From Oopsacas minuta (lineage: Eukaryota > Animalia > Porifera), in assembly GCA_024704765.1 (NCBI GenBank), contig JAKMXF010000007.1, positions 61,581 to 125,580 of the forward strand: 64,000 nucleotides of DNA. The letters run 5' to 3'. Both the position numbers and the translations under genes were made by a program. Of the stretch, positions 63,399 through 64,000 are shown one piece after another (within the stretch, counting starts at the first letter, position 1; every line of letters begins with the position of its first letter). Under the pieces are notes generated by a model. The model worked only from the letters and a program-made list of their open reading frames with translations, did no database searches and was not told where the DNA came from.

Positions 63399-64000
63399 CA
63401 GGGGCGTAGACAACATTTTTAGTTTGGGGGGGGCTAACCCTCTAAGGTGTCACTGTGGGATTTGACCAAAGTATAAATCAGTGGGATTAATTTGAATTAA
63501 TATTAACCGATGCTATAATCATATTTTGGCAGCTTTGTTTACCATAGTAATGGTTTTACTTTCTAGGTTTCATTCAAAATGAGAACACGTTTTTAGTACT
63601 ATAGTTAGAGTTGAATAATTTTGTAGTTCATAAATTTCTGGCATACTATATCTACTAGGCCGGATCGAGAAAAGTATAAATCGTCGGTTCAACTTCTACC
63701 TAAGGGAAAAGTTGCCTTTACCATTTTCTAGGAAAATGCGAGACTTAAATTTGAAAAATATTTCGATTTGACCCTTGCGGTTTTATATTTTTGCTGTCTC
63801 ACTTTCGCAAAATTGATTTTATATTGTCCGAATTTTCAAATTCCTTTGACTTAGCCCCTTTATATATATTATTTGGTAATAGTAAGTCGCATATTTGCTA
63901 TTGAATGGTATATTAATCGAATTTCTATGTCCAAGGATACTCAAGTTATCAAGATTTCTTTTGCATATTCTATCATACCCTAATATTATTACCCACCCCC
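63399..64000. mobile_element. hAT-type MITE (CAGGGGCGTAGAC start), right end not within the window
   Basis: The terminus resembles those at 7765 and 37627 and is followed by a G-run; it begins exactly where SLCO homology stops. Confidence 0.6.

Overview
AT-rich (roughly one-third GC by eye) eukaryotic, animal-type genomic DNA with GT-AG introns. The species cannot be read from the sequence; an early-branching invertebrate such as a sponge is only a guess from the compact genes and divergent alpha-catenin. Three host genes look intact: a divergent 4-exon alpha-catenin (417-4340, +), a 4-exon type II membrane sulfotransferase (19761-23693, +) and an intronless SLCO/OATP transporter (43763-45742, -). 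There is also a MYBBP1A/Pol5 pseudogene (~6980-12180), the disrupted start of a second, inverted SLCO copy (63380), an orphan split ORF (29108-30105, -) and a candidate 49-aa microprotein (28107-28256). The rest is a dense, nested collection of cut-and-paste DNA transposons: Transib/RAG1-like, several hAT families, MULE, Merlin, Chapaev3-like, an intact mariner and many MITEs, many with readable TIRs and target-site duplications (TSDs). The most notable item is a full-length 3.2-kb RAG1-like/Transib transposon (12970-16201). It has a perfect 5-bp TSD, CACAGTG heptamer ends, bipartite TIRs whose spacers differ by 10 bp (6 vs 16), and a transposase with a segment resembling the RAG1 nonamer-binding domain. 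No RAG2-like ORF is present. All family calls are from motif recognition by eye; no database search was run.
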